DNA from: Cycas panzhihuaensis
Lineage: Eukaryota; Plantae; Cycadophyta
Reading direction: 5' to 3'
Length of the DNA stretch: 64,000 bases
Assembly: GCA_023213395.1 (NCBI GenBank)
Contig: CM041465.1
Location: 179,993,741 to 180,057,740 of the forward strand
The notes beneath the pieces were generated by a model. That model did not search any database. It was not told where the DNA came from and saw only the letters and a list, made by a program, of their open reading frames with translations. Each line of letters starts with the position of its first letter. Within the stretch, counting starts at the first letter, position 1. Shown here piece by piece: positions 1-13,900 of this stretch. Made by a program: the position numbers and the translations under genes.

Positions 1-528
1 TTTGATTTTTATGATTAGAATTATTTAATTCTTAAATATGTCACTGAGGTGAATACAGAGGATGAAGAAATCAAGTTGAATTACCATACACCTATAAACA
101 TTAAAGGAGATCAATGCCTATGAAGGAGAATTGGAGTGCTTAGGACATCGAGAGGGACAATCTATATAAATCCGAATCAATAAACATAGAAATTTGATGG
201 AAACTTGATCAATGCAGGCGACAAATTATACTACCATAACACATTAGATTAAAATTATTTTTTATAATGTTTAGATATTTAAATACTTTTAATTTTGAGT
301 TAAGATCTATCCCTTCATGTATTAAGCCCCCTCATATTAGCCTTGGTCATATATATTAAAAAGGGATAAGGCTATATCTAAATCATAGGAGGATTGTTTC
401 ACTAAATATAGAATACATCTTCATTGTACTTTTTAGTGTTCTTCTAAATGAACACGGTTATATTGAGTAATGATAACACCCTATGAAGTGTCTAATGTTT
501 TAACTTTATTAATTAGAACTCTACATAG
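1..528. repeat. Diverged second copy of the Copia B cargo segment at 17246-17772
   Basis: Colinear match, e.g. gtgaatacagaggatgaagaaatc, tgaaggagaattg, tagaaatttgatggaaa and gtattaagccccctcatatta in both copies; roughly 80% identity by eye. Confidence 0.9.
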
Positions 529-850
529 TGAAAAGAAGAATGTAACTATGAAAACAATGCATTAATAGAACTCTAAACCATACAAAGAACAAGTAAGATA
601 AATAAACCAAGCACGTAATAAAGAACATCAAGATATTCTAGTATAAGCATAGACATTTTATAAATCTGAGTAATAAGTAAAGAATTTCAAAGATAAAAAC
701 TCCAACTCTTCTCATTGACTCATCAAAGGCTCATCCAACCTCCTTACATATGTTGTTACAGAAAAATATATAGAAACAACTTTACAAGATACTACCTTAC
801 AACTTTATAATATAATGGGCATAAATTATAAGCTGAAAAAGGTCCCCATG
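529..850 (-). mobile_element. Truncated LTR of the Tnt1-like Copia family (same family as Copia C and D)
   Basis: Begins tgaaaagaag, aligns to LTRs 17773-18262 and 22365-22858 (ttaatagaactctaaacc, aatctgagtaata, caactttacaagata); similarity ends near 850. Confidence 0.85.
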
Positions 851-877
851 ACGATAGAAAAGTATGTGATCTCTAAT

Positions 878-1460
878 TGATGCCAATAGAACTCAATGCA
901 AAAAAGGAACACACGGGAGAATAACAATCACATTATTGACTTAAAAGCATAAGCATGATACATATAATAAATTAAGGCAAGCCTTATTCCATTACCATGA
1001 AGGGGACTTCATTGATCCAAGAAGGGATAGATGTAGGCCTAAAGTCTAACAAATAAAGAACCCTCAACTCAATACACAATGAGAGATACAATGTAAAAAA
1101 TAAGGGAAATCCCAAGCAGTCTCTCTCTCTCTCTCATACACACACACTCTACTTCTATATGCATGAATCCGCTTTATTTAGTCTTTTCCCCTGACTATTT
1201 CCTAACTAACTCATTAATGATAGTTTATTAATAATAACAATAATTACACCTATCATCATAATTATAATCATGGTCTTGGTTGTACTTCTAGTCATATCTA
1301 AACTATGATTAAATCTTTGGTTGTACTTCTAATTGTACCTTATCTATAATTGAAACTTTTATTATGATTTTGGTTATACTTGGGTTACGATTAGAATTTT
1401 GGTGGCACTTCTTATTGTACCATGATTTGCTCTCTTAAGCTTGATTTTTCTTTGCACACA
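878..1460 (-). repeat. 3' LTR of the outer Gypsy-like element, containing a (CT)n(CA)n microsatellite at ~1120-1148
   Basis: 878-1010 matches 8600-8730 and 1175-1460 matches 26551-26872. Confidence 0.8.
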
Positions 1461-3639
1461 TCTCCCTTAACATAAAACTTTCAAGTGTCCTTACTTGACC
1501 TCAAAAATTTTAAAATTTTTTACATCTTTCCTTCCCCCCAAAATTTTGAAATTAACAATATTATAAGATATAGGTACCCTTGTTCTCCAAAAATCCTTAC
1601 CATATTTGTTTAAGAAAAACATTAATATTATGGCATAACCATGATCTACTAAGATATCCTTTAATGGTATATTCTCCCTTAGATCGTCTATCCTTCTTTC
1701 ATATACCCTATTATTTTTATGTTTTGCAGAGTCGACTCTTTCCACTTTTATATTTTATGGATTTGTCTCTTTCTGCTATGTTAATCTATCTACTCAACTA
1801 TATTCTTGGGTTTCTCATACATACCATCTATTACACAGTATAATTATCATTGCATAATTAACAATTATCACCAAAAAGACCTAATTACATCATCATATAA
1901 ATGACTAAATAAATTGTGGTCACACTCGATATAATTCAATAGTTTCCACAATGAGGATGAAGTCTATATGAGGGCATGAACAATAACTAGAATACATGGG
2001 TAACCAATTGTTGTGTCTTCTAGTTATTAAAATGCCACTTAGATACATAGTTCATCATCTTGTCATCCTAAAGTTTGTATAAGACACGACCATCTACCAT
2101 AGCCATAAGTAATTAGCCATTGAGCTTGTTAGTTACTAGGACATCCCTTATATACATGGTTCATCATTGCTGACTAAAAACTAAATATTGGGGATTATTT
2201 TGTGCTAATATATCTAATGTTGTAGAATAGAATTGTTATTGTTGGAAGTTGATGTAATCATTATTGTTACTAGAATTTATTATTATACTTGCTACTGCCA
2301 TTAAAATCTTATTATGGACAAGAAAAAGACTTAAAAAATCTAAGATGAATAAAACTTACCTACCATTGCCTTATGTAGTTGTACCATATGGTCACCTTTT
2401 TCTTCTATACCTTATTACTCTTATGTAACTTAGAAATATGAAGCGTGTTATGCCTTGATCTCTTGTTAGTCCTATATATATTTAGTTTGCCAGAAGCATG
2501 GATATAGGTCAAATTTCTAGCCATATTATGGCTTAAGACCCTACCTTCCTCAAATCCTTTAGTAATAAGAATTATTATCTTCTTTGGTTTCTTTACTCGA
2601 AATGTTATGATTCAGCCTCCCATGTTTATGCCATATCAACCATCATTTTTTTTTTAAACTTCCATTGTTTTCTTTAGAAACATTTAGTTTCAGACCTTTT
2701 TCATTTTTTAATTTTATAATTCCTTTCTGATAATCTAGCATAGCCATTATCTTATAGATCTGATTTTAAAGCTTTCAACAAACAATATTCTTTTATAAAA
2801 TATACTTGAAGTCTTGCTAGTATCCTTGCCAACCACCTTATTTATAAGCTTTCCAAATGAAAATTAATTATCTTTATCTTTAACAATACTTTGAAGAACA
2901 ACTTCTTGTAGTTCCTGTAAAAGGTAATGTTTTACCTTAGATTATATTACTCAATGTAAGGGTCATGTACCCCTTCCTCCTTCTCTTCTAAACTGACAAG
3001 TGGCACCATATTGTTGAGTGGTTTTTGCTTGTACCTAACTTGTACTTGTATATATACACAATGGATCATCAATAAAGATGGCGAGAGTGAATTCATTCCT
3101 CATTAAAGTTTTGTTACATGGTATCAAAGTAGGCTCTTAGTTCCTCCTGCCTGTGGGAAAGAAAATCAGGGCTTCATTAAAAGAGAAGAGGAAATTGAAG
3201 ACAAATTATTGTCAAAGGATCCTGTCACTTGAAGATAAACTTGTCTAGGCGATTTTGAAGGAAATTTATATTGTTTTGTATGGTGGTGCGAGCTTGTATG
3301 GACTTGTACGAATGTCAAAATTTAAAGTTGTTAGAATTGAACAAAACTCACCCAGATTGTAGATCAGGGCATCCTCTACACTTTTCTCTTCTGCATCAAC
3401 ATCATTTGAAGTCATTTTGACCTAGTTTTGGGTAGATTTTAAGACGCGCGGGTTTGGAGCCTTCTCTCAGTTTTTTTTTCTCAAAAATTTGGTCAAAAAT
3501 CTCTAATACAAAGCATTTAAACCATTCTTATCAATAGACAAAGAGATTGAGTGGTTTATTGTAAGATTTCACATCATTTTTTCTGTAAATTTTCTCAAAA
3601 ATATCAGAAATCCTTGGGCACAGGTTTAAACCTATTTCT

Positions 3640-3888
3640 AATTATTTCTCCTAGATCTGAAGTCGGATAAAAAAACTAATGGTAATTTCATATACCCATT
3701 TGGGAGATCCTTCATTTGAGACCACTTTCGTGTCCATCCATATAGTTTGAGTTCTGTACCTATTTTTAGTCATTTTTCTCAGATCTAAAGTTGGATAAAA
3801 AAAATAACAACAGTTTGGGATACCCATTTGAGAGATCCTTCATTTGAGACCACTTTTGTGTCCATCTGTACAGTTTGAGTTCTGTACG
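3640..3888 (+). repeat. Tandem duplication of ~125-130 bp in the 5' leader of Copia A
   Basis: Two copies of agatct.aagt.ggataaaaaaa...atacccatttg.gagatccttcatttgagaccacttt.gtgtccatc...agtttgagttctgtac. Confidence 0.9.
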
Positions 3889-3959
3889 AAAATATGTACC
3901 ATAGGTCATACAACTATCCATACAGTCATTTAAACTTAGATTTTCTACTTTCATTCAAT

Positions 3960-6900
3960 TGTTTCAATAGCCTCATCTCGGGTTTGTTGCCTGAGAATGA
4001 TAAACTTACAAAAATGAACTTTAGTATTTGGAAAATCAAAATTGAAGGATTACTGAGAGCAAAACATGCCTGGAAAATCACTACCGGAGTTGAGAAACAG
4101 CCCACTGATGCAACAAATTTGACTAGTTGGGAAGAAAGAAATAATGTTGCTATTTTAGTTCTCAAACTTTCAATCTCTGATTCTCTGTCAGTTTATGTTG
4201 ATGGTTTACAAAATACAAATAAAATTTGGAGTATCATGTCCTCCATGTTCGGTAGAAAAAATGAAGCTAGAATTGTGGCTGTGAGAGAAGAACTCTATAA
4301 ACTAAAGATGAGAGAAGGTTAGATCAGACGATTTTTAACAAAGTTAACTAGCATTAAAATTACCCTTCTCACGAGGGAGATAAATTAATGACATAGAACT
4401 ACACACCTGGTGCTTAACAAAGAAATCTTTCGATAACATGATAAACATATTAACAGGAGGAGGACATATAGCCACAATGTCTTTTAATACTCTGACAAGA
4501 TATATGTATGGCCAAGAACAAAGAAATCAGAGATATGAAGAAGATTGAGAAGTTGAATAAGCCCTTATTTCTAAACTCCAGTTGGGAGGCAGAGGAAGAG
4601 GACAATTCAATTCAAGATTGAGAGGGAGAACACCAGCAAGCCATAGGGGACGTTGGACAGAAAGAAGAGGACGAGGAAGAATGACTAGTAATCCGCTCTA
4701 AGATGCCAGAGTATGCTTTAATTATGGAAAACCAAGCCATTTTTTGAGGTACTATAGAGCTTTTGATGTCTGTTATCACTGTGGAAAAATAGGTCATTTT
4801 CCTTATCAGTGCTACCAAAGGCATGCAGAATTGTAGAAGGGAAAATAACAAGTATTCAGAAATTACAGTAAAGAAAATGACACCATAGAAGAAGAAGTTG
4901 AAACTGCTTTTATTGCAGCCTTAACAAAGAAGTACCAAAGGCAATGTAAAATTGGTATGTAGATTTAGGTGCTTCACACCATATGACAGGGATCAAAGAA
5001 TGGTTTGAAATCATCAAACCTTATGAATACAATATATCAGTAGAATTATGAGATAATATTCCCTTACATATAAGGGGAATAGGACAAATTACCATACTCA
5101 TTGATAGAAAAATTCAACGTATATGCAATGTCTTTTATGTACCTAGAATAAAAAAGAGTCTCTTGTCAGTATCACAACTGAGTGATAAAAAGTTAAGAAT
5201 GATATTTGATGAACATGGTTACTGTTATATCCTCAATATGAAAAGAAATGGGACAGTGATAGCCAAAAGAGAAAAATACAATAGGCTATATAAACTTCTT
5301 TCGATTCATGTAATGCCTGATAAAGGCCCCACCAAATTGATTTATGATGTAAAAGCTCTCAGAATAAATAATCGATAATAATAAAATTTGGCATTTGAAG
5401 TATGGTCATATCTCTCATGATAGGTTAGAAATATTAAAGAAATATAACATGGTAAATGGTCTCCCAGATATCTCATTTAATCACTTTATATGTTAAAGCT
5501 ACATGATGGAAAAACAACACTTAACTCCATTCTCAAAAAGTGTGTGGCGTGCACAACACAGATTGGAATTGATACACACTGATTTATGCGGTCTGCTCAC
5601 TCCAATCTCGACAAATGGATTAAGGTATTTCTTGACCTTTATTGATGATTTTTTTAGAAAAACCCGGGTGTACTTTCTGTCTAGTAAATCAGAAACATTT
5701 GAATATTTCAAAGAGTTTAAAGTTGCAAGTGAGTTAGAAAGTGGTCAAAAGATTAAATATGTCTGCTCAGATAGAGGTGAAGAATTTATGTCCAATGATT
5801 TCTTTCACTTTTGTAAAGTGCATGGAGTTCAAAAATAGTTCACAACTCCTTATACACCTCAATCCAATGGGGTTACAGAAAGAATGAACAAGATAATTAT
5901 AGAAATGGCTCGGTGCATGTTAAATAATAGAGATTTAGTATAGAAATATTGGGCAAAAGTTGTACATACAACTGTATATTTGATCAATAGAAGACCTACT
6001 CAATCCCTGGATAACATAACACCTGAAGAGGCCTAGACAGGACATAAGCCAAATGTAAGTCATCTAAAAATCTTTGGCTGCAAGGCTTATGTTCATATTC
6101 CAGATAAGAAAAGAGCCAAATTAGATAATAAAAGCATAGAATACATAATGGTTGGATACAACAACCATTCAAAGGCATACATATGCATAAATCCAAAGAC
6201 AGATAAACTCTATGTCAGTAGAGATGTAATTTTTGACGAGAAAAAGGAAAATGTTGGTACATTGGTGCAAATTGATGAAGGCAACCTGAATACACATCTT
6301 GTCTAGTTGGAAGACAAGTTAGATATAACTTCAGAAAGTATTGAGACAGAGGATGATTATGTAGAAAATGGCATTCCAGATAAGCAACTAACTGGTAGAT
6401 GCAACCTCTAGTCAGATAACAACTCTAACTCTAGAGATGAAGAAGATAAATTATTGCAAGAATGTACCTCAAAAATAGTACCAAGGTGGTACCTCAAAAC
6501 TCTTGAAGAATCAAAGGGAGAAGTTTTTGAACATTGAACAAGATCACAAAAACCACAAGCGTTGATTTATTCTACTGAACCAAATTCTTATAAAGAAGCA
6601 AGTAGCTCTTAGAATTAGAGAATAGTAATGGATACTGAAATTGAAGCCATACAAAGAAATAAAACATGGGATTTGATCTTGACTCCTGAAGATAAACCAA
6701 TTGTGAATTGCAAATAGGTATATAAAATAAAAGAGAAGCCAAATGGAGAAATACAAGGCTAGATTGGTAGCAAAGGGCTACACATAAACAATTGGAATTG
6801 AGTATGAAGAACCATTCTCACCAGTAGTAAAATTAAATAAGGTGATAACAGTGATTGCTCTTGCTGCTCAAAAGGGTTGGGAAATTTATCAAATGGACTT

Positions 6901-8092
6901 CAAAAGTGCATTCTTGAATGGAGATGTACAAGAAGAGGTGTATATGTATCAACCAAAAGGACACATAAAACCAGGATAAGAAAATATGGTTTACAAATTG
7001 AAGAAGGCATTGTATGGACTTAAACAAGGACTGAGAGCCTAGTATACTAAATTAGATTCATATTTGATAGAAAATGGTTTTCATCGATGTGAATCAGATC
7101 ATAGCATGTATGTAAAAAGAAATCCTAGATTAATCTCCATTATTATAGTATATATGGATGACATGTTGATTATTGGAGATGACAAAAATTCCATAGCATC
7201 TATCAAAAGCAAGTTTGAAAAAGTCTTTGAAATTACAGATTTAGGAATGCTGCATTACTACCTTGGAATAGAAATAGAGCAAAATAATTATTTTATTACT
7301 CTTTCACAAACAAAGTATATAAAAAACCTACTAAGAAAGTTTAGAATGGAAAGTTGTAATGTTGTCAGCACACCGATGGAAATAGGGTTAGCATTGAATA
7401 TAGAATAGGAAGCAGCCTCAATCGATGCAACACTGTATACACAATTAGTAGGAAGCTTAATCTATCTCGCAGCCACATGAATGTACATTTTATATGCTAT
7501 AGGTTTGATTTCCAAGTTTATGGAAAATCCCAAAATTCCACCTTTGGAATCTTTGAAAAAAATAATCTTGAGATATCTAAAAGGAACCATGAATCTTAGT
7601 TTGCAATATGATAAAGAAAATAATACACAATTTATAGGTTTTTAAGATTCAGATTGGGCCAGAGATAGAACAGATAGAAAATCAACATCAGGATACTTCT
7701 TCTTCCTCAAAAAATCCTTGATTTCCTGGAGCAGTAAAAATCAGTCTATGGTTGCATTGTCATCAACAGAAGTAGAATATAAGTTAGCAGTCAATGTAAC
7801 GTGTGAAGGAATATAGATTAGACAGTTCCTGAAGGAACTAGGAGAAGAACAAACAATGCCTACTCAAATATTTTGTGATAACCAAAGCACTATAAAAATG
7901 ACAAAAAATCCTATATTACATGCTAGAACAAAATATATAGAGGTACATCATTATTTTATCAGGGAAAAAGTACATAATGAAGAAATCAAGCTTCAACATT
8001 GTCCATCAGATGATCAAACTACCGATATACTCACTAAATCTCTTCGAAGAGAGAAATTCATTATCTTTAGAAATATGTTAGGATTAAGATAG
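3960..8092 (+). pseudogene. Copia A gag-pol polyprotein (gag, zinc knuckle, protease, integrase, RT, RNase H), disrupted
   Basis: NFSIWKIKIEGLL (gag), CYHCGKIGH knuckle, WYVDLGASHHMTG protease, LELIHTDLCG...SDRGEEF integrase, YMDDMLI RT, IFCDNQS...HARTKYIEV RNase H; many stops. Confidence 0.95.
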
Positions 8093-9236
8093 GTAAAACA
8101 TTAAGAGGGGGTGTAAAAGGTAACGTTTTACCTTAGATTATATTACTCAACATAAGGGTCATATACCCCTTCCCCCTTCTCTTCTAAACTAATAAGTGGC
8201 ACCATATTGTTGAGCGGTTGCCACTTGTACCTACCTTGTACTTGTATATATACACAATGGATCATCAATAAAGATCGCGAGAGTGAATTCATTCCTCATT
8301 GAAGTTTTGTTACAGTTCCAAAGATTGACTAAAGTATATTCCAAGCAATTGGTCTCAACCAATCGATGATATGACTAGTTAGTAGATTACTAATACAATG
8401 GCAATTACATGTTGACTATAATATCACCATTTTTCAAATATTAATATAACCATTTCTTGGCATAATAATGGTGAAAACTCTCCTTCAATGTGTTGGTGTT
8501 GTCACCTATCCATATTAGAGAAGTATCACAAATGATTTTCTAAATAAATTCTTAGGGATTCAAACTACTACAATAGTGTTAAAATATATGCTCTCTAGTT
8601 ACTACTAATAGAACTAAATGCAAGAAGGGAATACATAGGAGAAGAACAATCACATTATTAACCTAGAAGCATAAGCACGATATATAGAATAGATTGAGGC
8701 AAACCTTACTTCATTAACATGAAGGGGATTGTACCAACTTGATTATTAGCTTAATGTTCATATGTGGATGAATTCATGTGAAGACAAATAGATGTGTGAG
8801 TTATCTAGGTGATGTGATGAGTCACAGGAGTTACTAATTCCTAAATAGACTTATAACTCATAGGAGTTATTAAGGTCATTAATGGGCTTATCACAAGTGT
8901 CACTCAATCACGGATTCTTGTATGAACTATAACTAATTCAGATATGTATATCTAGGTGTATTATATGTTTAATATACATAGATTTTAGAGGTCATTCTAA
9001 ATGAATGAGATTTTGGTCATAGGTAGACTAATTCTACCTAGTAATTCTCTCTTGTCATTTTGATTAATTCATGTGCTTTATTAAATGTTGTTTTGATGAA
9101 TTTTATAGTTCTAATTTTCACCTTTATCCTATATTTGGTATTAGAACATGTTGCTATTGCAGATTATGAATTAATTTTATAATTAAGGGAACCATTGTAG
9201 GCTTGTTTAAAAATTTTATTAGTTGTTATCTCTTAT

Positions 9237-9389
9237 ATAAGCTTCATCCAAAATGTTTTCAATTTATTCATCATACCTGCTGCATTCTTCATCAAAATCA
9301 ATTTCATTTACTTCACCATTCTCATTTTCTATTTGGTGGGCACCATCAACCCCATCCTCATTCAACACACACTCCTCATTATCATGCTC
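9237..9389 (-). pseudogene. Captured SPB1/FTSJ3-type rRNA methyltransferase fragment, distal part
   Basis: Minus-strand translation EHDNEECVLNE...EIDFDEECSRYDE*IENILDEAY resembles the plant SPB1 motif DSDEERxRYDEQMEExLDxAYE; in frame with 16404-16702 once the CRM and one TSD copy are removed. Confidence 0.7.
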
Positions 9390-10927
9390 GATCCGTTTTG
9401 ATCTTTAAAATACTCTAAATACTTTGTTTTTCATGTAAATGGTCTTTCTGTAGTAGAAACTTACCTTAAAAATGCTTAATGGTCTTCATTTAGTAGAAAT
9501 ATGCCTTTAAAAGGCTTAAAATGTAAAAAATGTATTTCTAAAAGTGTAAAATGTGCTATAACCGCTACCAAGTCGCTATTAAGATGCCACAACTACTACC
9601 AGGGTGCTACTAAGGTGTTACAACTACTACCAAGGTGCTACCAAGGTGTTACGCAAGTGCTACGATCGCCACAGAGCTACTATAGGTCACACTGAGCTAC
9701 TACAAGCTACATGTAACTACTACAAGTCATACATGCTACGCAGAAGTCAAAAATGAGAAAATAACAAAACGAAAATGGTTTTCAAGACAAACCAGAATCG
9801 CTTGGCACGAAATTTGAGGAGAAGGTGCACACGTGTCCTCTACACATTCGAATAGGAAAAACTCTAAAATAAAAGGATTTTCCCAAGATTTATCAAACCG
9901 CTTTGAAACCCGTTAGAAAATGAAAAAACGAAAAATTGAAATATCTCTCTAAAATGGAAACGCTTTTAAGCGAAATTCGAGAGAGGAATCCGGGGGATCT
10001 CGACAGAGATTTTTGATAGGAAAGAGAGGACGCCAGCCCTAGATGCAAAGACAGAGCAAGATTCAAGGAAAGCAAAGAAGAAATTCACTTTCCTAAGGAG
10101 AACGAATCCAAGTATGGAAAACTGCTGGGAGAGAACATACCCAAAATGCAAAGAAAATCATTGCGGGGATCTTGAAGGAACCCAGAAATCGTGTCAGCCA
10201 AGAAGAGAAGACAACAAAGAGCAAGCGGCCCCGGAAGAGACGCTTAGCTAGCTTCTTCCTCACCAAAACGGGGTTTTGGTAACAAAAGACCAAAACGCAA
10301 GTTGCAGACTTGAGACAGAGGTTCCAAATAATGAGCAAGCAACAAGGAGCGCCCAGTTCTCATTTTCTCTCCCAAAATGTCAGCAGTTCCTTGTATGCTC
10401 AACAGGCGCAAACAAAGGAGTTTATAAGAAAATTCCAAAAATTTCTATTTTATGTAATAATATGTAAATTAATTCTGGATTTTATTTCAATTGGTTAAAG
10501 TTTTTACTTTCCCATTCAAGATTCAGATCAATATTTTTGGTATCAGAGCTAGTTTCTTGAAACCCTTAGGATTTTAGGGATTTTAAAAGAAAAAAGTAAG
10601 AAAAAGAAAGAAAAGAAAAGGAAAAAAAAATCCTCTTGCTTTCATTGTAGAAGTTTGTATGAAAACCAGATACCAATATCATTAATCTGTGAACCTCTAA
10701 CCGAGCCTCCGGAGAGAGAGAAAGAAAATAGCGAAGGAAGATGGTCGATCCGGAACATAAAATGGAAGAAAGGTTCGTGAAAATGGAGCGAACCTCGACA
10801 AAGCTAACCGACTTGTGGCGCAGTTAGTTGCAACTTCTTCTTCAACATCCAAATGCGTAAATAAGGAAGAAGAAGAACTTGATGAAAGAGGAGATGAATG
10901 AAGAGTTGGTAGAAGACTAACAAGAAA

Positions 10928-13900
10928 ATGTTGAAGAAGATGACAATCCAAAGAAGATTTACACCTCCATTCAAGGTAGAGGCAAAACTTGAAGTGCCCA
11001 GCTATGATGGAACGTTGGATGCTGCAAAATTAGATAATTGGCTGGACCAACTAGAAACTTATTTCTCTATTTATGGGTATAAAACCAAAGAGAGAATATC
11101 TTTTGTTAGGTTAAAATTATCTAAATATGTATTAGTTTGGTGGAATGCATACATTAAATCCTATAATGTAAATGAAATCACTTGGCAACAGCTTTAAAAT
11201 CCTCATAAAGAAGTAATTCTATCCTATTGGATATGAAGAGCAACAGGATTAAATAGCAATATTACCGATGTGAAAGAGGCCAAAATGTCTAAGATTACAC
11301 AATGAATTTCAAAAGCAAGTCATTGTGTTGGGCATCTCTTTACCGGGTAAAGACATGATGCTAAAATATATTGGAGGATCGCATCAAAGATATTCAGCAA
11401 GAACTTCAACTATTTGAAGTCAAATCGCTCGACGAAGCCAGCAAGAAGGCGATTGCCATAGAAAGAGGAATAAGAAGGTTTTTGCCGAAAGGAAAAGGTT
11501 TGCACCTCCAAAAGGTAGCAACAAACCTGCCCGAGGAATGAAGTTTCCAAGTAAAGTTTGACAACAATCCATTAGAGGTTTTGGCAAGATGAAACAAGCC
11601 AATACCACCCAAATCAAAGTTACTTACACTCATTGCAAGCGAGGGTCACAACAGAGAAGACATTGGTTTCTACACCCAGAAAAGACCCAAGAATAAGGGA
11701 AAGGTAAAGTTAAGACTGAAGGTAAAACTTTACTTAACTCTGTAAGTGATAAAAACGTTTGCAGCATTGAAGAAGCCAATGAGAAGTTGATGCTCATGGC
11801 TAATGAGGAGCTGTAGACAACCATCGCTAAGTTGATCTAGAGATTAGAGAGGAGCTCTTCATGGTAAGAATTCAAGTAAAGCAAAGCATGGTTGATGCCA
11901 TCTTTGATGGAGGAAGTCAAAAGAATCTAATCTCAGAAGCATTGGTAAAGAAACTGGGATTAAAATGCATGCACATCCAAAACCATATCCTCTTGGATGG
12001 TTGCAAAAGATTCGAGTTGCGTGTTACTCACCAATGCAAGTTTAAATTTACAATTTCAAAAGTTCATTGATGAAGTTGAATGTGAAGTAGTCCCTTTAGA
12101 TGTTTGTCATGTCATGTTTGGCGACCCATATCTCTATGATAGAGATGGAGTTCACCACAGAGGTCGAGAAAGATTCAACTCATCAAGGACGGGAGATCAC
12201 ATCTGATCAATGCATCAAAACCACAGAAGAAGATTTCTCTCATATCTTCCCAACAAGCAAAAAGATTAATTAATGCTTGTAGGAAGTTTATGTCATGATG
12301 ATAAAGCCAAAGGTGGAAGAAAACGAGCAAGCAGAGTCCTCAATACAGGCACTGGATAGAAAGCAAGTGCAGCAAATTGAAGGCCTAAGGAATAGGTACA
12401 GTGATGTATTCCAAGAGCCGAAAGGGTTGCCCCCTAAAAGGGCAATTAAACATGAAATCCAGCTGGTTGCTGATTCACCTTTGCCGAATCTTAGTCTCTA
12501 CCGAAACTTAGTTTTGGAGAATGAAGAGATTAAGAGGCAGATTCAAGAACTCTTGGAACAAGGAGTGATTAAGCCAAGTTGTTCTCCATGTGGATCACCT
12601 ATTGTTTTGGTGCCAAAGAAAGATGGAGGATGGAGAATGTGCATTAACTACTGAGCTTTGAACAAGATCACCATAAAGAACATACATCCCTTACCACGGA
12701 TAGATGACTTGTTGGACCAGCTGCAGTCAGCAAGATATTTCAGCAAAATGGACTCAAATCGGGCTACCATCGTGTTCGAATCGAGAGGAGGATACTTGGA
12801 AGAAACCTTCAAATCGAAGCAAGGATTGTTCGAATGGTTGGTGATGCCATTTGGTCTATGCAATGCACCTGCCACCTTCATGAGATTGATGAATGAGGTA
12901 TTAAGACCCTTCATTGATGACTTTGTAATTGTTTATCTAGATGATATTCGATTTTTAGCCATACATGGGAGGAGCACCTCCAACATGTCGAGCAAGTACT
13001 CAAAGTCCTCCAAGAACAGCAGTTAAAACTAAATCTAAAGAAGTGCGAGTTTGGAAAGCAATCTCTCGTCTTCTTAGGTTTCGTGGTTGGAGGAGGAGAA
13101 TTGAAGATTAACCCAAAGAAAGATCAAAGTCATTCTCAATTGGCCTACACCCAAAACAACCATGGAGGTAAGAAGTTTCATTGGTGCATGTCAATACTTA
13201 AGGAAATTTATTTTGATTCTCTCAAATTGCAGACCTCTTCATGCATCGACGGAGGACATACAAAGTTTCATTGGGAGAATGAACAAGAAAAACTTTCGTG
13301 CTTTTGAAGCGTAAAACTGTGAGGCACCGGTGTTAGCTTTACCCTCACGCAGGCCATTTGAATTGGAGATTGATGCTTGTGCTATGCCATGGGAGCAGAT
13401 TGAAGCAAGAAGGAAAACCGATAGCTTACCATTCGTAGACATTCAATGGAGATGTCATAAACTACCCAACTTACGATAAGGAGCTCTATGCATTGCACCA
13501 AGCAGTGAAGCATTGGAGACCCTATTTGTTGGGAAAAGAAGTGGTCATCTACACCGACCACAAGCCTTTGCAATTTTTGTAGAGTCAGTCCAAATTGCAG
13601 CAGGCTAGGCACACGAAGTGGATGTCCTATTTGCAGCAGTTTCACATCGTAGTTAAATACAAGAAAGGAACGACAAATAAGATTGTAGACTTGCTGTCCA
13701 GACCTCCTCAACAGCAAGGTAATTCCAGTTTGTTGGTAGCTATGTAATTTCAACCTTTCTGCCATGATGAATATGTTGATTTGTATTTGAAAGATGAGGC
13801 ATTCAAGCCTATCTTTGGCTTCTGAAGAAGGAAAAGTAGTTACTGATTTCCGGTGAAGATGGACTTCTTTGTAAGCAAGGCAAGCTTTGCATTCCAAAAC

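Larger units (their letters stand above)
2916..8314 (+). mobile_element. Copia A: full-length decayed Ty1/copia LTR retrotransposon
   Basis: 203-bp LTRs at 2916-3118 and 8112-8314 (TG...CA, ~15 substitutions); 5-bp TSD GTTCC (2911-2915, 8315-8319); Met-tRNA PBS tggtatcaaag at 3119; PPT aagaggggg at 8103-8111. Confidence 0.97.

Noticed and set aside
9560-9745. Repeat array as a CRISPR-like structure
   Set aside because: Degenerate short tandem units without unique spacers, inside a plant LTR; no cas genes
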